From the NCBI GenBank assembly GCA_964016885.1, contig OZ024741.1:206770001-206834000 (forward strand): a stretch of 64,000 nt of DNA. The letters run 5' to 3'. The translations under genes were made by a program, and so were the position numbers. The notes under the pieces were generated by a model, which was not told the DNA's origin, did not search any database, and worked only from the letters and a program-made list of their open reading frames with translations. Source of the DNA: Eledone cirrhosa (lineage: Eukaryota). This document shows, in pieces, positions 26,480 to 44,565 of the stretch (positions are counted from its first letter, which is position 1; each line of letters opens with the position of its first letter).

Positions 26480-27078
26480 TTATATATATACACATACATA
26501 TATGTGTATACGTGTGTTTCTCTCTCTGTCTGTATATATATATATATATATTTCTCTCTTTCTCTCAATATATATATATATTAATACCTCAGTTAAAACT
26601 AGTACATTTCTACATTTCTATATACATTTTAGACACAATGAGAAAGTAGTTCATCTCTGCGAAGATTCAAGCTAATGATGCTTCTATTGGTTGCGTTGTC
26701 GCAAATAAATATTAGTTTGGTAAATTTCAATTTTTCCTGAATAATTCCAGACTGATGGTACTTTTGATTGTGTTTTTATGAAGGAAAATGTATTCCGGAA
26801 ATGCGTTTCCGTGTTTAATATATAAACGAATCGTTTAAACATTTTAATTTCTTCTTTTAATTGATATGTATTATCCATCCCTTTCGTAGACAATATGTTT
26901 TTCACTCTGGTGGTATTCTATCCCATATAATTGAACATAATTTTTTGTGTATTTTTCGCTATATACTGTCTTATAAAGAGCCCGGAATCGATGCTAGAGC
27001 TCATTAAATTATAGGAGATTAACGTGAGTCTTTAACTCCGTTTTTTTAATTTGTTATATATATATATATATATATATA

Positions 27079-27566
27079 TAGGGTGAGTAAACTCCCTATA
27101 TGAAATTGTTAATAACTTTTCATAATGCATGTTTTATTTTCAACAGTATAGTGGTAGAGGTACAGTGCATGTCATGAAATTCTACATAGGCGCCAGAGTT
27201 GTCTACTAGTGTTTGTACTAATCTGGATATATTATAGACTAACGTCATTAACATCTGAGATTGGCATTTAGATCAATACATGACGAACGCGTCCCGTCAA
27301 TTGAATCAGAGTTTTGGGTTTTGAGTTATAAATCTTTCCCTTCACCAACCACTACAGGAAAACATTGCATGGTGTTAAGTCAGGGTTACTTGTTGGACAT
27401 TCATGTCGACACCGGAAATTTGGTATGTAGCCACATGCGGACAGTGTATACAAAATGAACGGGGGCGCCATCTTTTATGAATATGAGGTTATTGATTTTG
27501 TCCCAAGTAGTCACAGTAAACCAAAAGTTATAAGTAATTTTCAATAGGGAGTTTCTTTCCACCTAC
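27079..27566. mobile_element. Non-autonomous Tc1/mariner-like MITE
   Basis: Imperfect ~40-bp TIRs (GGGTGAGTAAACTCCCTAT...ATAACTTTT / AAAAGTTATAA...ATAGGGAGTTTCTTTCCACC) with TA flanks. Confidence 0.55.
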
Positions 27567-27569
27567 TAT

Positions 27570-27682
<113 letters not shown>

Positions 27683-27684
27683 CT

Positions 27685-30090
27685 TTATAAACAACAATCA
27701 ATGTTTAGAACATGTAATCACTTACGATCGTTTCATCCTAGGACAAGGTCGATCCATCGGAGTATATTATAAAGGTTGAAACACAAATATAATATCGGTT
27801 GTTTGTCACAAGAACATTATGAGGATACAGAATATGGGAAGTAAGCATAATTATCAAACATTTATATAAGAAAAGATAGCAAAGGCAGAAGAAGCATATG
27901 AAAAATATGACCATATAAATGCAATAAAATAAAAGTAGGAGCAGCTGAAAGTATTAAACATTTTAAAAACATGCTGACATAGAGAAGATAAGACATATAT
28001 CATAATTAGTAAAATAAACATATATAAGCTTTACAAAAGTTTATAAAGTTAATAAGAGGTGTGCAGTTCAAATATAATTTTAAAAATATAAAAAATACAT
28101 CTCCAAAAGATATTTTTAATAATGGATATAAAAAGTTAAACTGAATCATACAGTCATAAAGATAGACTATTATTTTCCAACCATTCAAAGGTAACAATTG
28201 TTTCTAAATTTGGCACAAGGTCAGCAAGTGTATTACTGGAACTTTATTTTATCGACCCCGTAAGGATGAAAGGCAAAGTTAACCTCAGCGGGATTTGAAC
28301 TCAGACTATAAAGGGCCGTAACTCTTTGCTGCAAAGCATGGCGTCCGACTCTTTACCGATACTGCCAATCCACAAAAGAATTAATGTTGAGTAAATATAA
28401 TCAGCAAAGTAAAATCCAATATAGAATAAGTGTTGTCATCGGAAAAAGCACGACATATTTGAATAGAAAGAAGAAAGTCTTATATAAATAACTCCATCTC
28501 AACATAGAATTTGACAATTTATCGTTAGCTGACGGTCGATGCAAAATTAAGAATAAAAGGGAGGTAATTCGTAAATGTTTTTTATATGAGAGTTACAAAT
28601 TACTAAATGGAAAAATAACTATTTAGTAAGTCAAGGTGTAAATTACATTAAAAAAAATTATTTAGGGCTAATGATTATAGAACTAAAGAATTACTTTTTA
28701 AAATTATTTTAAAAAGTTATTTAAAAAAATAATAAATTACAAAATATAAATAAAATAATTTATCGATGTATACTAAAATGCTATGCATTACTTAAAAAAT
28801 GATATACATATGTTAAATAATATCAAAGGATAAACAATTATCCAAGAATAAAAAATGTATACTAGTAATTAAATATTAAATAAATTATATAAGTATTGAA
28901 GATATACTACTGAAAAAAGAGAGTGAGGCAATGGTTAATATATAGTATAATAGCAAAAATAAATTCAAATAAAAGTGGTGCTTATTAAAAACAATATGAT
29001 AAAATAATAACATGCCTAAATGTGATGGGATGGTTATAATAAGTTGTAATTACAACTGAATGGATCAGTATGGGGATGTTATAAGGATACAATGATACTA
29101 ATGTTACTAAATATATATATAGATTGATAGATAAATCTGGTATAAGTTAGTTAAAAGGTTAAAAATAAAAAAAGAATGGTGATTGATATGAGGACAAGTG
29201 GAAAAAATCTCAGATTTCCTATTTAATAAATGTAATTTAGAATAAATAATAGTATGGGACTCAAGAAGGCAAAAGTTACAAAATGTATTGGGGGGGGGGG
29301 GGTTAAAAGAAGTTTTTGCAATCACGTTCCAGACCAGGGTGTAAGGTGTATTATTACTCTTCAGAAATAATATGAAATTAGATAAAGAGGTTGCATGCTT
29401 AAGCTTACAGTTCTTAAAAGTATGAAGATGGTAGTTACAGCTCCTCTTGAAACTATTCGACGTAGAACCGATGTAGGTTTTGGAGTTGGTGGAAGCTATG
29501 ACAGTGCAGGAATAAATAATATTCTTAACAAGGCAGATTCCAATAAGAGGGCATACATTATTAGGCCTACAATTACAATTATAACTATTGATAAACGGTT
29601 TTGAGTTTAAATATGTTGTGAGTTATTAGAGTTAGATAGATGAGTGCTAGAATTGTTATTATTATTCCTATAAGTCCTAGAAAATAATGTGTTATGAGAC
29701 TGGTTACTAAAATTATTAGATACAATATTGTTAAGCATATCAACTGGTTGTGAATTGTTATTTAATTTATAAGAAGAAAAATATTTACTAATTATCTTGT
29801 TATGTGATTAGTAATGTTAGGTGTGGTAGAGTAAGAGATTTTAATGGTATTTTTATTAATTAAATTATGGTATTTGTGATCGAGTGGGACATTGTTTCAA
29901 TAATAGACAAGAATACTCTAGGTATATTAGTAGATCATTAGATTTATGGTAAGGAGTAAAGGTTTTAGAATCCAAGCATCACAGAAATTAACAGTTTTGG
30001 TGTTCTTATCTAAAGTAGTAGTTAGGTTTAAACTTTTGAAGAAGTTATGTAGTTCCTGCTTAGTTCATTCATTTTTAAATAAACCACACT
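27685..30090 (-). mobile_element. Penelope-like element (CxCx5C-linker, Hydra-type), 5'-truncated
   Basis: Minus-strand translation 29600-29107: CNCRPNNVCPLIGICL..IIY..TYIGST..FK..CNFCLLE..LNRKSE..CPH (GIY-YIG); degenerate hammerhead GAAACGATCGTA at about 27730-27773. Confidence 0.82.
28195..28373 (-). mobile_element. tRNA-derived SINE (Meta-domain-like), inserted in the PLE 3' UTR
   Basis: Homologous to 58041-58226. Confidence 0.85.
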
Positions 30091-30119
30091 TCATGACTTT
30101 CAATTAAATGGTACAATCC

Positions 30120-31262
30120 GACTAAATCTGTGAACTGTGCAGAATCACTAGACCCCATAGTGATATCAAAATTATTAGGTGTATTCTTACGGATCCAAAA
30201 TTAATCTTCAAATTTGATGAAAGTCTTACGGGCCGCCGTTTTATCTTCTCCCATTTGACCCCATTATTCACCATTCCATACCAGGTTTCTTTTGCAAGAG
30301 CTTTTATCTCCAATTCAGCCACCATCAAACCAGTTTTTTCAATGATTCCTTTACGCAATCTTTGAATCGGAGCTTTGACTTGTGAGGTGGTCTCTTACCT
30401 TTACAGAACTCACTATACAAAAGCTGTTTCGGGATTTGATCGTCTTCCATTCTGCAGAGGTGGCTGGTCCATCACAAACGACGTTGGTGGATGATACTTT
30501 CAATGCTTCGACACTCACTTCTCTCAAGGATCTCAACATCACTGACATGCATCTGTCACTTGATACCGAGCATCATTCTGAGACACTGCTGGTGAAATCT
30601 TTCCAGTTTTGATATGCCGTTTGTAGGCAACCCATGTCTCACATGCATACAGCAATGTTGACAGTACACATGCGGCATACACTTTTACATGGTCTTCATT
30701 GTGATTCCTCGCCTGCACAAAAGACCGTCGCTGAGCCTTCCAAATGACTCACTTGCTTTGCTAATACGTAGACCAATTTTAGTATATTGCCAGCAGGTCA
30801 CACTCAGTGTACTCCTCAAATAAACAAATCTGTTAACAACCTTCAGCTTTTGACCGTATACATATATGGAGGGTTCATTGAAAACATTATCCGGAGCAGG
30901 TTCGTACATGACAAGAGTCTTCTTCAGACTGATTGTCAGACCCAAAGCACTGCACGCATTAGAAAAATAATCCACGAGGTGTTGCATGTCACTCTGGGAA
31001 TGTGCGAAGAGATCACAATTATCTGCATGCATAAACTCTCTGATCAAGCTACTCAGTGCCTTTGTGTTTGCAGTGAGGCGTCTGTGGCTCTACAGCTTGC
31101 AGGAAGTGCGATATCTGAGATAGATACCCTGTTGACAAGCTTTGAAGGCCTTGAAGAACACCATTGCGAAAGACAAGGCAAACAAAGTTTGTGCAGCTAT
31201 ATGAGCTTGCTTGACAAGATTCTCAACCGAGATTGGTTCAGGCAGTTTACCTCCGATGTTTA
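30120..31262 (-). mobile_element. RTE-clade LINE fragment
   Basis: IREFMHADNCDL..SQSDMQHLVDYFSNACSALGLTISLKKT..FVYL.STLS..RISKAS.SFGRL (decayed RT). Confidence 0.82.
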
Positions 31263-31279
31263 TCCATATATATATATGT

Positions 31280-32206
31280 GTTGAAGTTTCCGTTGAAAAG
31301 GTCAGAGGAATGAAGAGTGCTGCATGTAAGTTACAGAGCTAAATATTTAATATATAATAAACAATACAATATAATTACCTCATTACCAGAGGTCTCCCGA
31401 ATAAGATGGATACAAGAAACGTTCGCATTCGTTCGTCAGACAAGGCAATTTAAACATAGTGAGGTATTTGAAAGATCTCCTCAAGAAAGGCTAAAAAAGT
31501 TTAACGGGCAAAAAATAAATAAAAGTAATAATACAAGAAATGTATAAAAAATAAAAATAAAGAAATATAGTAAAGGGATGTGTGCAAATGTGTGTATATG
31601 CACATACATATGTGCATATGTACATGTGTGTGTATGTACAACTGCATGTGTATAGTGAAAAAATGTGTGCGTAAATACATACATGAGGGAAAACATATTA
31701 GTGTATATATATATATATATATGTTGAAAATAGAAATTGTAAGATAATGAAGTTAGCGTACATACAGACTCAGGAACTAAGGGCTGATATATATACATAT
31801 ACAAGGATAAAAGGACGCACGAATATTAACATACACACACGCAACCACATACATGCATGTGATATATACAGGGAAGGGAGTGTAACGCAGTGCAGACGGA
31901 AGGTCGATACAAATATAAAATATGATGAATAAATGAAAAAATATATAAGATAAGAATAAAAAATTAAGGCAAAGAGAAAGTAAGTGGGAGGGGTTGTAAT
32001 ATATAAAGCAACACTAGAAAAAATAAATAAAAAGTTGAAAACATGCATACACGCGAACAAGCTGATACACACATACATATATATAGATATATATACATAC
32101 AGACAAAAACACGTGCAAACAAGCATACATACACATACACACATACATACATACATACATACATACATACATACATACATACATACATACATACACACAC
32201 ACACAT

Positions 32207-32230
<24 letters not shown>
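31280..32230 (-). mobile_element. Left arm (plus tail) of a long PLE-type inverted repeat; partner at 38190-39025
   Basis: Near-identical reverse complement of 38190-39025; hammerhead at 31373-31450 with GAAA changed to GAGA. Confidence 0.85.
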
Positions 32231-32269
<39 letters not shown>

Positions 32270-32273
<4 letters not shown>

Positions 32274-33240
32274 CATGCATTTTCATTTGGTATATGGTAC
32301 GGTTTATAAGAAGCAGTAGGCAGATCTAAGTTTATATGTAGAAGATTAACATTAGAAAGGTTTGTGTCGGTGTTAATTTTAAAATTAAAACTAGCGAAGG
32401 TTTTTAATAAGTCTTTCCGATATCCTGAAAACTTAAAAAAAGATTTACAAATGCTCTGGCAAGAAGAATATGGGATTTGAAGGACCAAGGTATCCAGTAT
32501 AAATTAGATTGGTCAATTTTGAACCAATCTAAAGAATAAATACGCAAGAGGAACAAGAAGATGCGCACTCTGCATAAGTGAAAAATATTGGATTTTACAA
32601 AACCTTAAATCACCAAAAAACCTGCCTAAATACAAAAACAGACATTTTCACCAGTTACCCACACATGAAATCATATTTGCTTTCCAGCTCACATAAACTT
32701 AACTCACTTTCAGACACTTATCCTCCTTAAACTCTTGTTCTTCGCGTTCCTTAACATACCTTCTTTATAGACTTCTCAATCAGTTTTACTTATCTTTTAT
32801 TTTTACTTTACATCCACTATTACATCCATTATTACATCCACGTTACATCCATTAACTTTATATTTTAACAATTTTAAATTATTTACATTTACTTTACTTC
32901 CCCTTTTTCTTTTACTACCAGACATCACATGTCACTTGTTTTTAACTCCAGATATTTTCCGTTGTCCCTCAGCCGTTTTTATGTATGTATACTTGCGTAT
33001 ATTTTGTACCCATTTATTCATACGGTTGTTTTTTATATATGTATGTATGCGTATGTGTGTATATGTATATATACGTGTATGTATATATACGTGTATGTAT
33101 ATATACGTGTATGTATATATACGAACGCATTGGTATGTGTGCGTGTATGTGTGCATGTGTGTGTGTGTGCGTATAGGTACATGTTTTTTCACATATATAT
33201 ATATATACTTTTATTTTTAATAAAAATGTTATTAAACTTT
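32270..33240 (+). mobile_element. PLE fragment with 5' inversion (RT piece on minus 32270-32488; GIY-YIG C-terminus on plus from 32490)
   Basis: Minus: KINTDTNLSNVNLLHINLDLPTASYKPYHIPN; plus: YKLDWSIL..RRCALCISEKYWIL..LNTK. Confidence 0.72.
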
Positions 33241-33279
33241 CATTCTCTACCACCCCTAATATTAGTTCTCATTTAGCTA

Positions 33280-35690
33280 GCACTAACAATAGGAAAATTA
33301 GGGATGGATTCTCCTCTCTACATACTACTAGTCTGAACAGATCTGGAAATGCCTTACCACCAGAGCGGACCTTATCTAATAGTAATCCTACGTGTAATGC
33401 ATCACTACTTCAGCCAATCAATAGCACCCGGAAGTGTAACTGTAGAGTGAGTTCTAACTGCCCTTTAAACGGTAACTGCCTCTCTAAGAACATCGTCTAT
33501 GCTTGCGTAGTTATAACTAATTCCTCCAATAGAACTTATATAGGCTCTACATCTAACACTTTTAAGACTAGGTTTAATTCTCATATCTCTAATTTCAAAC
33601 ATGTTAAGTTTAAGAATTCTACTTCTTTAGCACACTATATCTGGGATCTTAAGGGGGGCTAATATACCATATAGCCTTCATTGGCGTTTAGTAGCACGCT
33701 CTAATAACCTTTCTACACATACTAAATTTTGTAATCTCTGTATCCTCTATAATTTTCTCTAGTGAATCCTTACTTTATAGAAAGTCTGAGATATTCTCTT
33801 CTTTCCCCCACGCTATTTCTAATTCTTACTTTTATTATAAACCTAAAGGTTCTAGTAGTATAAATTGTATCCATTAGCTGATATATTCCATTACTTATTT
33901 TTTTAGTTTCGGTTCTTTTTGTTTACCACCATTATTATCATCATTATTATCATTAGTTTTTGACAACTCTTTATTCTAGCTCTGATAATCTTTTGGCTAC
34001 TATACCATATCTATCTTCTTACGCATTAAATTTTCACTATTAACACCTTATGAGTATATATCTGATTACATATTTTACATTATTTTATTTTATTTCATTT
34101 TATTTTATTTTATTTGGATTCCTCTTTGGATACCCCCCTCCCCATGCACACATAAACTTATTGTCAACCCCTTCAAATATATTATGATTATATTTAATCC
34201 CCCCCTCTTTTACGCTCCTTTCTATTATTTAAGATAGTATATTGACTATGATTTTATGCTCCTTTCTATCCTTCATACATTTCTTTTTTTCTGTCCCTAT
34301 TAGCCTACCATAATTCTGCCTAACTCAGTTTTTTAGATATCGTTATGTAAATGATAGTAGAAAATTTCATTCCTTTATATATATATTTGTAGTGAAATAT
34401 TAACGTTTATAAATGTTGATTACTTAAACCATAACTAATATTGTATTGCCTTATTAGATATTTTTAATATTTTTAATATTAATTTATCAAATAGGGTTTT
34501 CGAGTCATTTACCTGGGTTGTTTCCTAAGTTTTTACTTAACTGTATGTGAGACCTAAGTATATACTTTTGTTTTTGTTTTTTAATTTCCGGTTGATTTTA
34601 TTTATTTATTTATTAATACTACTGTGCATTCTATTTTCTGTCTGGCCCTTACTCACTCATCCACATATATGTCTGTTTACCAACCTTGTAATTATAAGTA
34701 ATTATATATTATATTATGTTTATTATTTTATATTGTAGTTTTTATTGTACTATTGATCCTTATTACTTACCGTTGATTATATGTACCATTATGATATGTT
34801 AAATTTTATATATCATGTAAGATGTTTATACTTTTGTACCATCATAATTTTGGGTATTGTACAATTTATATTTTTTTCTCACCTACTCTGTAACTCTATA
34901 TGAATTGATTTGTTAACTTACATGCCATTATATATTATATATTATATATGTTATTATATTATTATTATAGTATTATTGTGACATCTATATTGTTTGTGTA
35001 AATTAACCGGAGATTATCTATTATATTATAATATATAGTATATAATTATATAGTTTATTATATATTATATGTGTTACTTTTAATCATTTTATTACTTCAT
35101 GTATATTAGATATACGTATTATTATTATAATTATTATTTTTATTCCTATCATGCTTATTTATATTTAAACTCTTAATAAGGTTTAATTTGTGCTGTTAAA
35201 GATGGATATGTTTATTGATGTATATGTATATGTGCGTACGTGTGCGTACATATATACATATGTATATTGTGCCTTTTAATTTTTATTCTAATTTTAATAT
35301 TGTTACAAGTATATTATATTATATTATATAGTATTATATATAATTCCCGCTCTATATAACCACCTTTGTTTAGCTCTAGGTTTTTTCTGCTTTGGACTAT
35401 ATTTGTAATATGGTTCTAAATGTTATACACCTCCTTAGTGATTTTTATAATATATTTTTACCCATAATCTTGCAATACTTTAGTGTATGTACACTCCATA
35501 TTCTTCGGAGTATTGGCTTGTATTGGCCGATAGTACTTCTTGTTGTTTTAATTGCCCTGATGAGTCCTTAAAAGGACGAAACATTGTTGGCTAATAAAGA
35601 CTTTTGATGTATTGAAGGGTTCTTTGTTTTATTTACATAATATACTTATAAATGCATATGTGGTCGCGTGCGTGTGAATAGATGTGCATG
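33280..35690 (+). mobile_element. Penelope-like element (Hydra-type), GIY-YIG remnant, long AT-rich 3' UTR, terminal hammerhead
   Basis: KCNCRVSSNCPLNGNCLSKNIVY..TYIGST..FKTRFNSH..STSLAHYIWDLK at 33432-33662. Confidence 0.85.
35554..35591 (+). ncRNA. Minimal type I hammerhead ribozyme
   Basis: GCC-CTGATGA-GTCC(TTAAAA)GGAC-GAAAC(ATT)GTT/GGC, followed by AATAAA at 35593. Confidence 0.85.
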
Positions 35691-35787
<97 letters not shown>

Positions 35788-35789
<2 letters not shown>

Positions 35790-37215
35790 TGTTATACTTG
35801 GGGAGGGTCATATTTGTGTAATATTGCCAGAATTAATAACAGAACACACTCACTGTTTGGTTGGTTTTCGCTTCTCGCTGTCTTTTATATCTGTAATCTA
35901 GCTTACTCGGTCCTCAATGTTGCCATTGACTGACCGACGGTCAAAAATATCACAGATTCAATATAGACATAAACACATATATATAGTTTATATAATTTAC
36001 ATAAATCTTTCGTTGCACATCTGCAACATCGTCAGTGGTGTTATATTTTCCTCCTGTTGTGCTGTATGTTTACGCCATTTTCTATTCAGTCTGTCTATAT
36101 ATTTATTTATTTATTTGCTTGTTTGTTTATTTTATTTTGTCTTCTTTGCGCATGTGTTTGCGTGTGTGTATAGTGTTATGTTTGCTGTGTGACTAGTGTG
36201 TATAGTGTTGTGTTTGCTGGGTGACTAGTGTGTGTTTATGTGCTTGTTGTTATTGTGCTTGTGTATGTATTTATTTATCTTATTTTATTTACTTATTTAT
36301 ACTTCTCTTAGGTCAGTGTTGTTTGTTTGGGTGTTGTTGCTATTCCACTCATTCTTTCTGTTTAGCTTTGGTCTTCTAATTTCTATTTCACTGGCCTCTC
36401 TGATTTGCCTATCTGCTGGGTCATTTCTATGTTTAGATATTATTCTAATTTCTATGTTGTCTATGTTACCGTCATGTTGTTGTCTAGCATGTTCGTATAG
36501 TACTGACCCGATTTTTCGTCCTTTTAGTTCCCCCCAGTGTTGGTCTATCCTTTCACCTATGCTACGAGCTGTCTCACCTATGTATGTTGTTGTCATGTTT
36601 CTGCAAGTACCCTCTGTACATCTTATGCTATAGAGTACGTTTCTAGTTTTACAGTTTATCCGGGGGTTCACCTTACATATGATACATTTCCTATTGGTAC
36701 AGTGGGTTTTCTTAAAAGGGTAGGTTTTGCTGATCAGGGATTTTATGGTGGTTCCTGGCTTTTCTACCACCTTTATTTTTAAGTGGGTCCTTCTCAGGGC
36801 CTTTCTACACTGGTTAGCTAATTTCCCTCCAGGGGTGGCGTCCACAAACATGACACTCTGGTATCTCTGGTTGTCGTACCATGATGTGGCTTTACCTATC
36901 TTATGTCTAGCCCTATCTAAGCTATTCCATGATTTGCTCCTGTATAATGGGCAAATTCCTTTCATGTCCAGTTCTATGAGGGTCTTATACTTTTCCATGG
37001 CTCCTTCGTATACTCTGACTCTGTCTCTTTGGTTGTAGCCAGAGAACTGCATGCGGTTGATGAAGTGTTGGATGTGTCTTTCCATTTCTGTTGGGTCGCA
37101 CATTATGGACACATTCTTCATCACTCGTACCAAATCTGACCCTCCCCAAGTATAACAATATTTGTTTCGACACACGATTTCATATAAAAACCTCGCTAAA
37201 CTAATTCATCGCCGC
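35788..37215 (-). mobile_element. Penelope-like element (Naiad/Neptune-like), 5'-truncated, with a 24-bp inverted terminal copy plus tail
   Basis: TATTGTTATACTTGGGGAGGGTCA at 35788 (+) and 37137-37160 (-); flanked by (TA)n. Confidence 0.85.
36297..37135 (-). pseudogene. PLE RT thumb/linker + GIY-YIG endonuclease (open 3' part)
   Basis: MQFSGY..CPLYR..VMFVDATPGG..KVVE..CTNRKCIIC..NVLY..TYIGETARS..ER..H..RQIREA..LN. Confidence 0.88.
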
Positions 37216-37243
37216 TATATATATATATATATATAAATGATAT

Positions 37244-39077
<1,834 letters not shown>

Positions 39078-39499
39078 CATGAGACTCTCGTATATTTATC
39101 ATACATAAATATATCGTATATATTTTCAAATATACGCCAATGATGTGTCACACCATGTTAGTGCCGCGCCTAAATAACTCCCTTTCACCAGTCAAATTTG
39201 CAATATATACAAATGAGCATCTCCGGCTGATAATTCAAGTGCAAATGACATATTGGTTTTAACCTATTTTGTCTCAGTTGCAAGTGAGTAAATATCACTG
39301 TTGACTAGTAAGATAGTTGAGGTATAATCAAAGCTTATACAAGATTCGTAGGGAGATTAACGTATGTCTATTATACATAATCATATTGTATATGTGTCCA
39401 TATACACTCGTATGATGAATCACGCTATATTTGTGCCACTTCTAACTATTTCCCTGACACCAGTCATGTTTGCTCTACCTACTTTCATATACACCCCTA

Positions 39500-41465
<1,966 letters not shown>

Positions 41466-41619
41466 AATTTAATATATCTACTAACATAAGCGCACAGATG
41501 TACGCTAATGCCAGCAAATACACAGGTTATGTCATAGTACCTAGGTGGTTCAATGCAGGAGGATGCAGAACAAAGACGTAAAATAAGAAAATTTAAAAAA
41601 AAACTTTAAAAAATTAACT

Positions 41620-42289
41620 TACTTACTAAAATTTTCACTCCAACTAATTAGTTTCTGCAATGGATAAAGACGGTTACGTAATGAACTGTTGAGAATTTCC
41701 TTGCGTCATCAGGGAGGTCTATTCTCAGCCAAGTCTCCAGGCAATGCGCGGACACTGGGGACTCATATAAAATAATAATAATTCGGTAAATGGAACAGCT
41801 ATCGGGGACTGGATTCCAAGCACTGAAGGACTGGATTCCAAGCACTGAAAATCTCGCTGTCACTGGTCAAATCGCCGATTCTAAAGAATCAATCACGTGA
41901 CACTGACACTATATTTATCTCCAAATAACTGATTTGTCGAGCAAACCTGCCAAAACCACTACTAAATTGTTGGTGTGTTAGTAGGCGTCTGTCATCTTAC
42001 CATCCCACTCCTATCGACTAGCCTCAGTGTCACGTGATTGATTCTTTAGAATCGGCCATTTGACCAGTGACAGCGAGATTTTCAGTGCTTGGAATCCAGT
42101 CCCCGATAGCTGTTCCATTTACCGAATTATTATTATTTTTATATGAGTCCCCAGTGTCCGCGCATTGCCTGGAGACTTGGCTGAGAATAGACCTCCCTGA
42201 TGACGCAATGAAATTCTCAACAGTTCATTACGTAACTGTCTTTATCCCATTGAAGAAACTAATTAGTTGGAGTGAAAATTTTAGTAAGT
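41620..42289. repeat. Fold-back: arms 41620-41908 and 42025-42289 (runs into the gap)
   Basis: Near-identical inverted repeat with a hammerhead-like core in each arm. Confidence 0.85.
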
Positions 42290-42489
42290 NNNNNNNNNNN
42301 NNNNNNNNNNNNNNNNNNNNNNNNNNNNNNNNNNNNNNNNNNNNNNNNNNNNNNNNNNNNNNNNNNNNNNNNNNNNNNNNNNNNNNNNNNNNNNNNNNNN
42401 NNNNNNNNNNNNNNNNNNNNNNNNNNNNNNNNNNNNNNNNNNNNNNNNNNNNNNNNNNNNNNNNNNNNNNNNNNNNNNNNNNNNNNNNN
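42290..42489. other. Assembly gap (N run)
   Basis: 200 Ns. Confidence 1.
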
Positions 42490-43122
42490 ATATAAGTATG
42501 TATACGTACATACATATATGTATACAGATGTACAGTAGTATGTATATATATATATACATACATGCATACATATATATATGTACGTATGGAGTTACCGAGC
42601 ATTTATTATAATGCTCGGTTTGTTTGTAAACAAACATCCCGAATTAAGCCGTACAGTGTTTAGCAACCATCGTTGCCCTTTTGTTTAACACTGACAAAGT
42701 AACGCTGTACTAGTTTCAAGCTTATTAGCTATCGTCAGCACCGTATACCTTCCTGCCAGATGATTGAACGTCTGAAAGTATATACTTTCCTTATGTATAT
42801 TAACAGATGAGAAGCCTAATTTGCATATCAAGTGAGTTAATCGGCCGGGCGCACCGAAAACGGTAAATGGAAAATATGAAACGAAATTTCTTTTCTTACT
42901 CTTAGTACGGCTGTTACTTAAATATAAGTATGTATACGTACATACAGACGTACAGTAGTATATATATATATCCATAATTTGCATATCGAGTGAGTTTTTT
43001 CCATTCATCGTTTCATTTTTTCCATTTATCGTTTTCGGTGCCCCCGGTCGATTAACTCACTTGATATGCAAATTAGGCTTCTCATCTGTTAATATACATA
43101 AGGAAAGTATGCTCAGCCGTTA

Positions 43123-43125
<3 letters not shown>
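42490..43125. mobile_element. Rearranged PLE-type non-coding element (same family as 56245-57100)
   Basis: Internal inverted segments 42785-42875 / 43010-43110; shared sequence with the 56.3 kb copy. Confidence 0.75.
42702..42744 (-). ncRNA. Minimal type I hammerhead ribozyme
   Basis: ACGGTG-CTGACGA-T-AGCT(AATA)AGCT-T-GAAA-CTAG-TA/CAGCGT; palindromic stem III. Confidence 0.8.
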
Positions 43126-43169
<44 letters not shown>

Positions 43170-43170
43170 A

Positions 43171-44471
43171 TATAATATAAAACGAAAAATCAGTGATGGA
43201 TCTGAACTCAATTCATTGTGTGTTACAATTGTTTCGCCGGCGGACAGCTCGAGACACGATCATTGTGTGGATCTCTCTGATTCTGGACCTGCAAGTTCGA
43301 CGGTCATGTCTAATGAGTTCGGAGCAAATTCTTTCACTGGGGTATTACCGTCAAAAACTTCATCCTGTTCGCGCGACCTGTTATTGGCCGCAGGTTGTCT
43401 ACATCTACCACAGGTATTGTTCGGTTGAACATCAGCTGTCCCATGTCTGCCACACTTCAATGAATTACTGCTGCGTTTGGTAGTCTCACACGTCCACGCG
43501 TGCACTCACACACACATACACACACACACTCAATCACATAGATAACGACAGTCGTACATAAACTCCCGCTATACACACACATTTAAGGAGAACATATAAA
43601 CCTATAAACATACGCATAAACAGACGCATGCCTACATGCCTATATACATCAGCACACACACACACATACACACGCGCACACAGATGCATACGCGTATATC
43701 GTATATATACCCGTACACACAACACGTACAGACATATACACACACACGTATCCATATACAGGCACAGATAAACAATCGCTCGCAAACACACACATATATA
43801 TATATACACACAAACAAGCCCTTTCCTTACATGGGTGCTTGTACACACACACGCACACTGGCTCATATACGCTCTTACAAATATGCGCATATTCACATAC
43901 ACGTCCACGCACGCATAAAAAGATGCATATATATATATATACACAAATAGGATATACGCACAAAGTCATATAAAGATACACAATGGGTCATACATGAAAG
44001 GATGCATCGTGTTTTAAACATGCACATATATAAACAATATAACCATATACATAGATACATAGATACATATATATATACATATATACAAATATACATACAC
44101 ATACATATATACATATATATAAAAGAAATATAAAATATATTAAAAATATACATATAACGTCACATAGAGTGTGCTATACATGAAAGTGTGCGCCTAGTTG
44201 TATGTGTCTACAGTGATGTTGTTACGTTGCGAACATGGATCAATCCACGTATGGAATCCTCACGCAAGGCCACATAATGGCCGTTCATGGTATTACAGTA
44301 CATAGTAGGCGCAGACCGTACATAGAAAATGCATGCAGAAAAAAATATATATGTGTGTGTTGATGTATATAGGCATGTAAGCATGCGTCTGTGTATGCGT
44401 ATGTTTATAGGTTTATATGTTCTCCTTAAATGTGTGTGTATAACGGGAGTCTATGCGTACGACTGTCGTTA

Positions 44472-44565
<94 letters not shown>

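Noticed and set aside
35788-36296. SECIS element, as described for some Naiad PLEs
   Set aside because: No convincing SECIS stem by eye and no in-frame UGA in the remaining ORF
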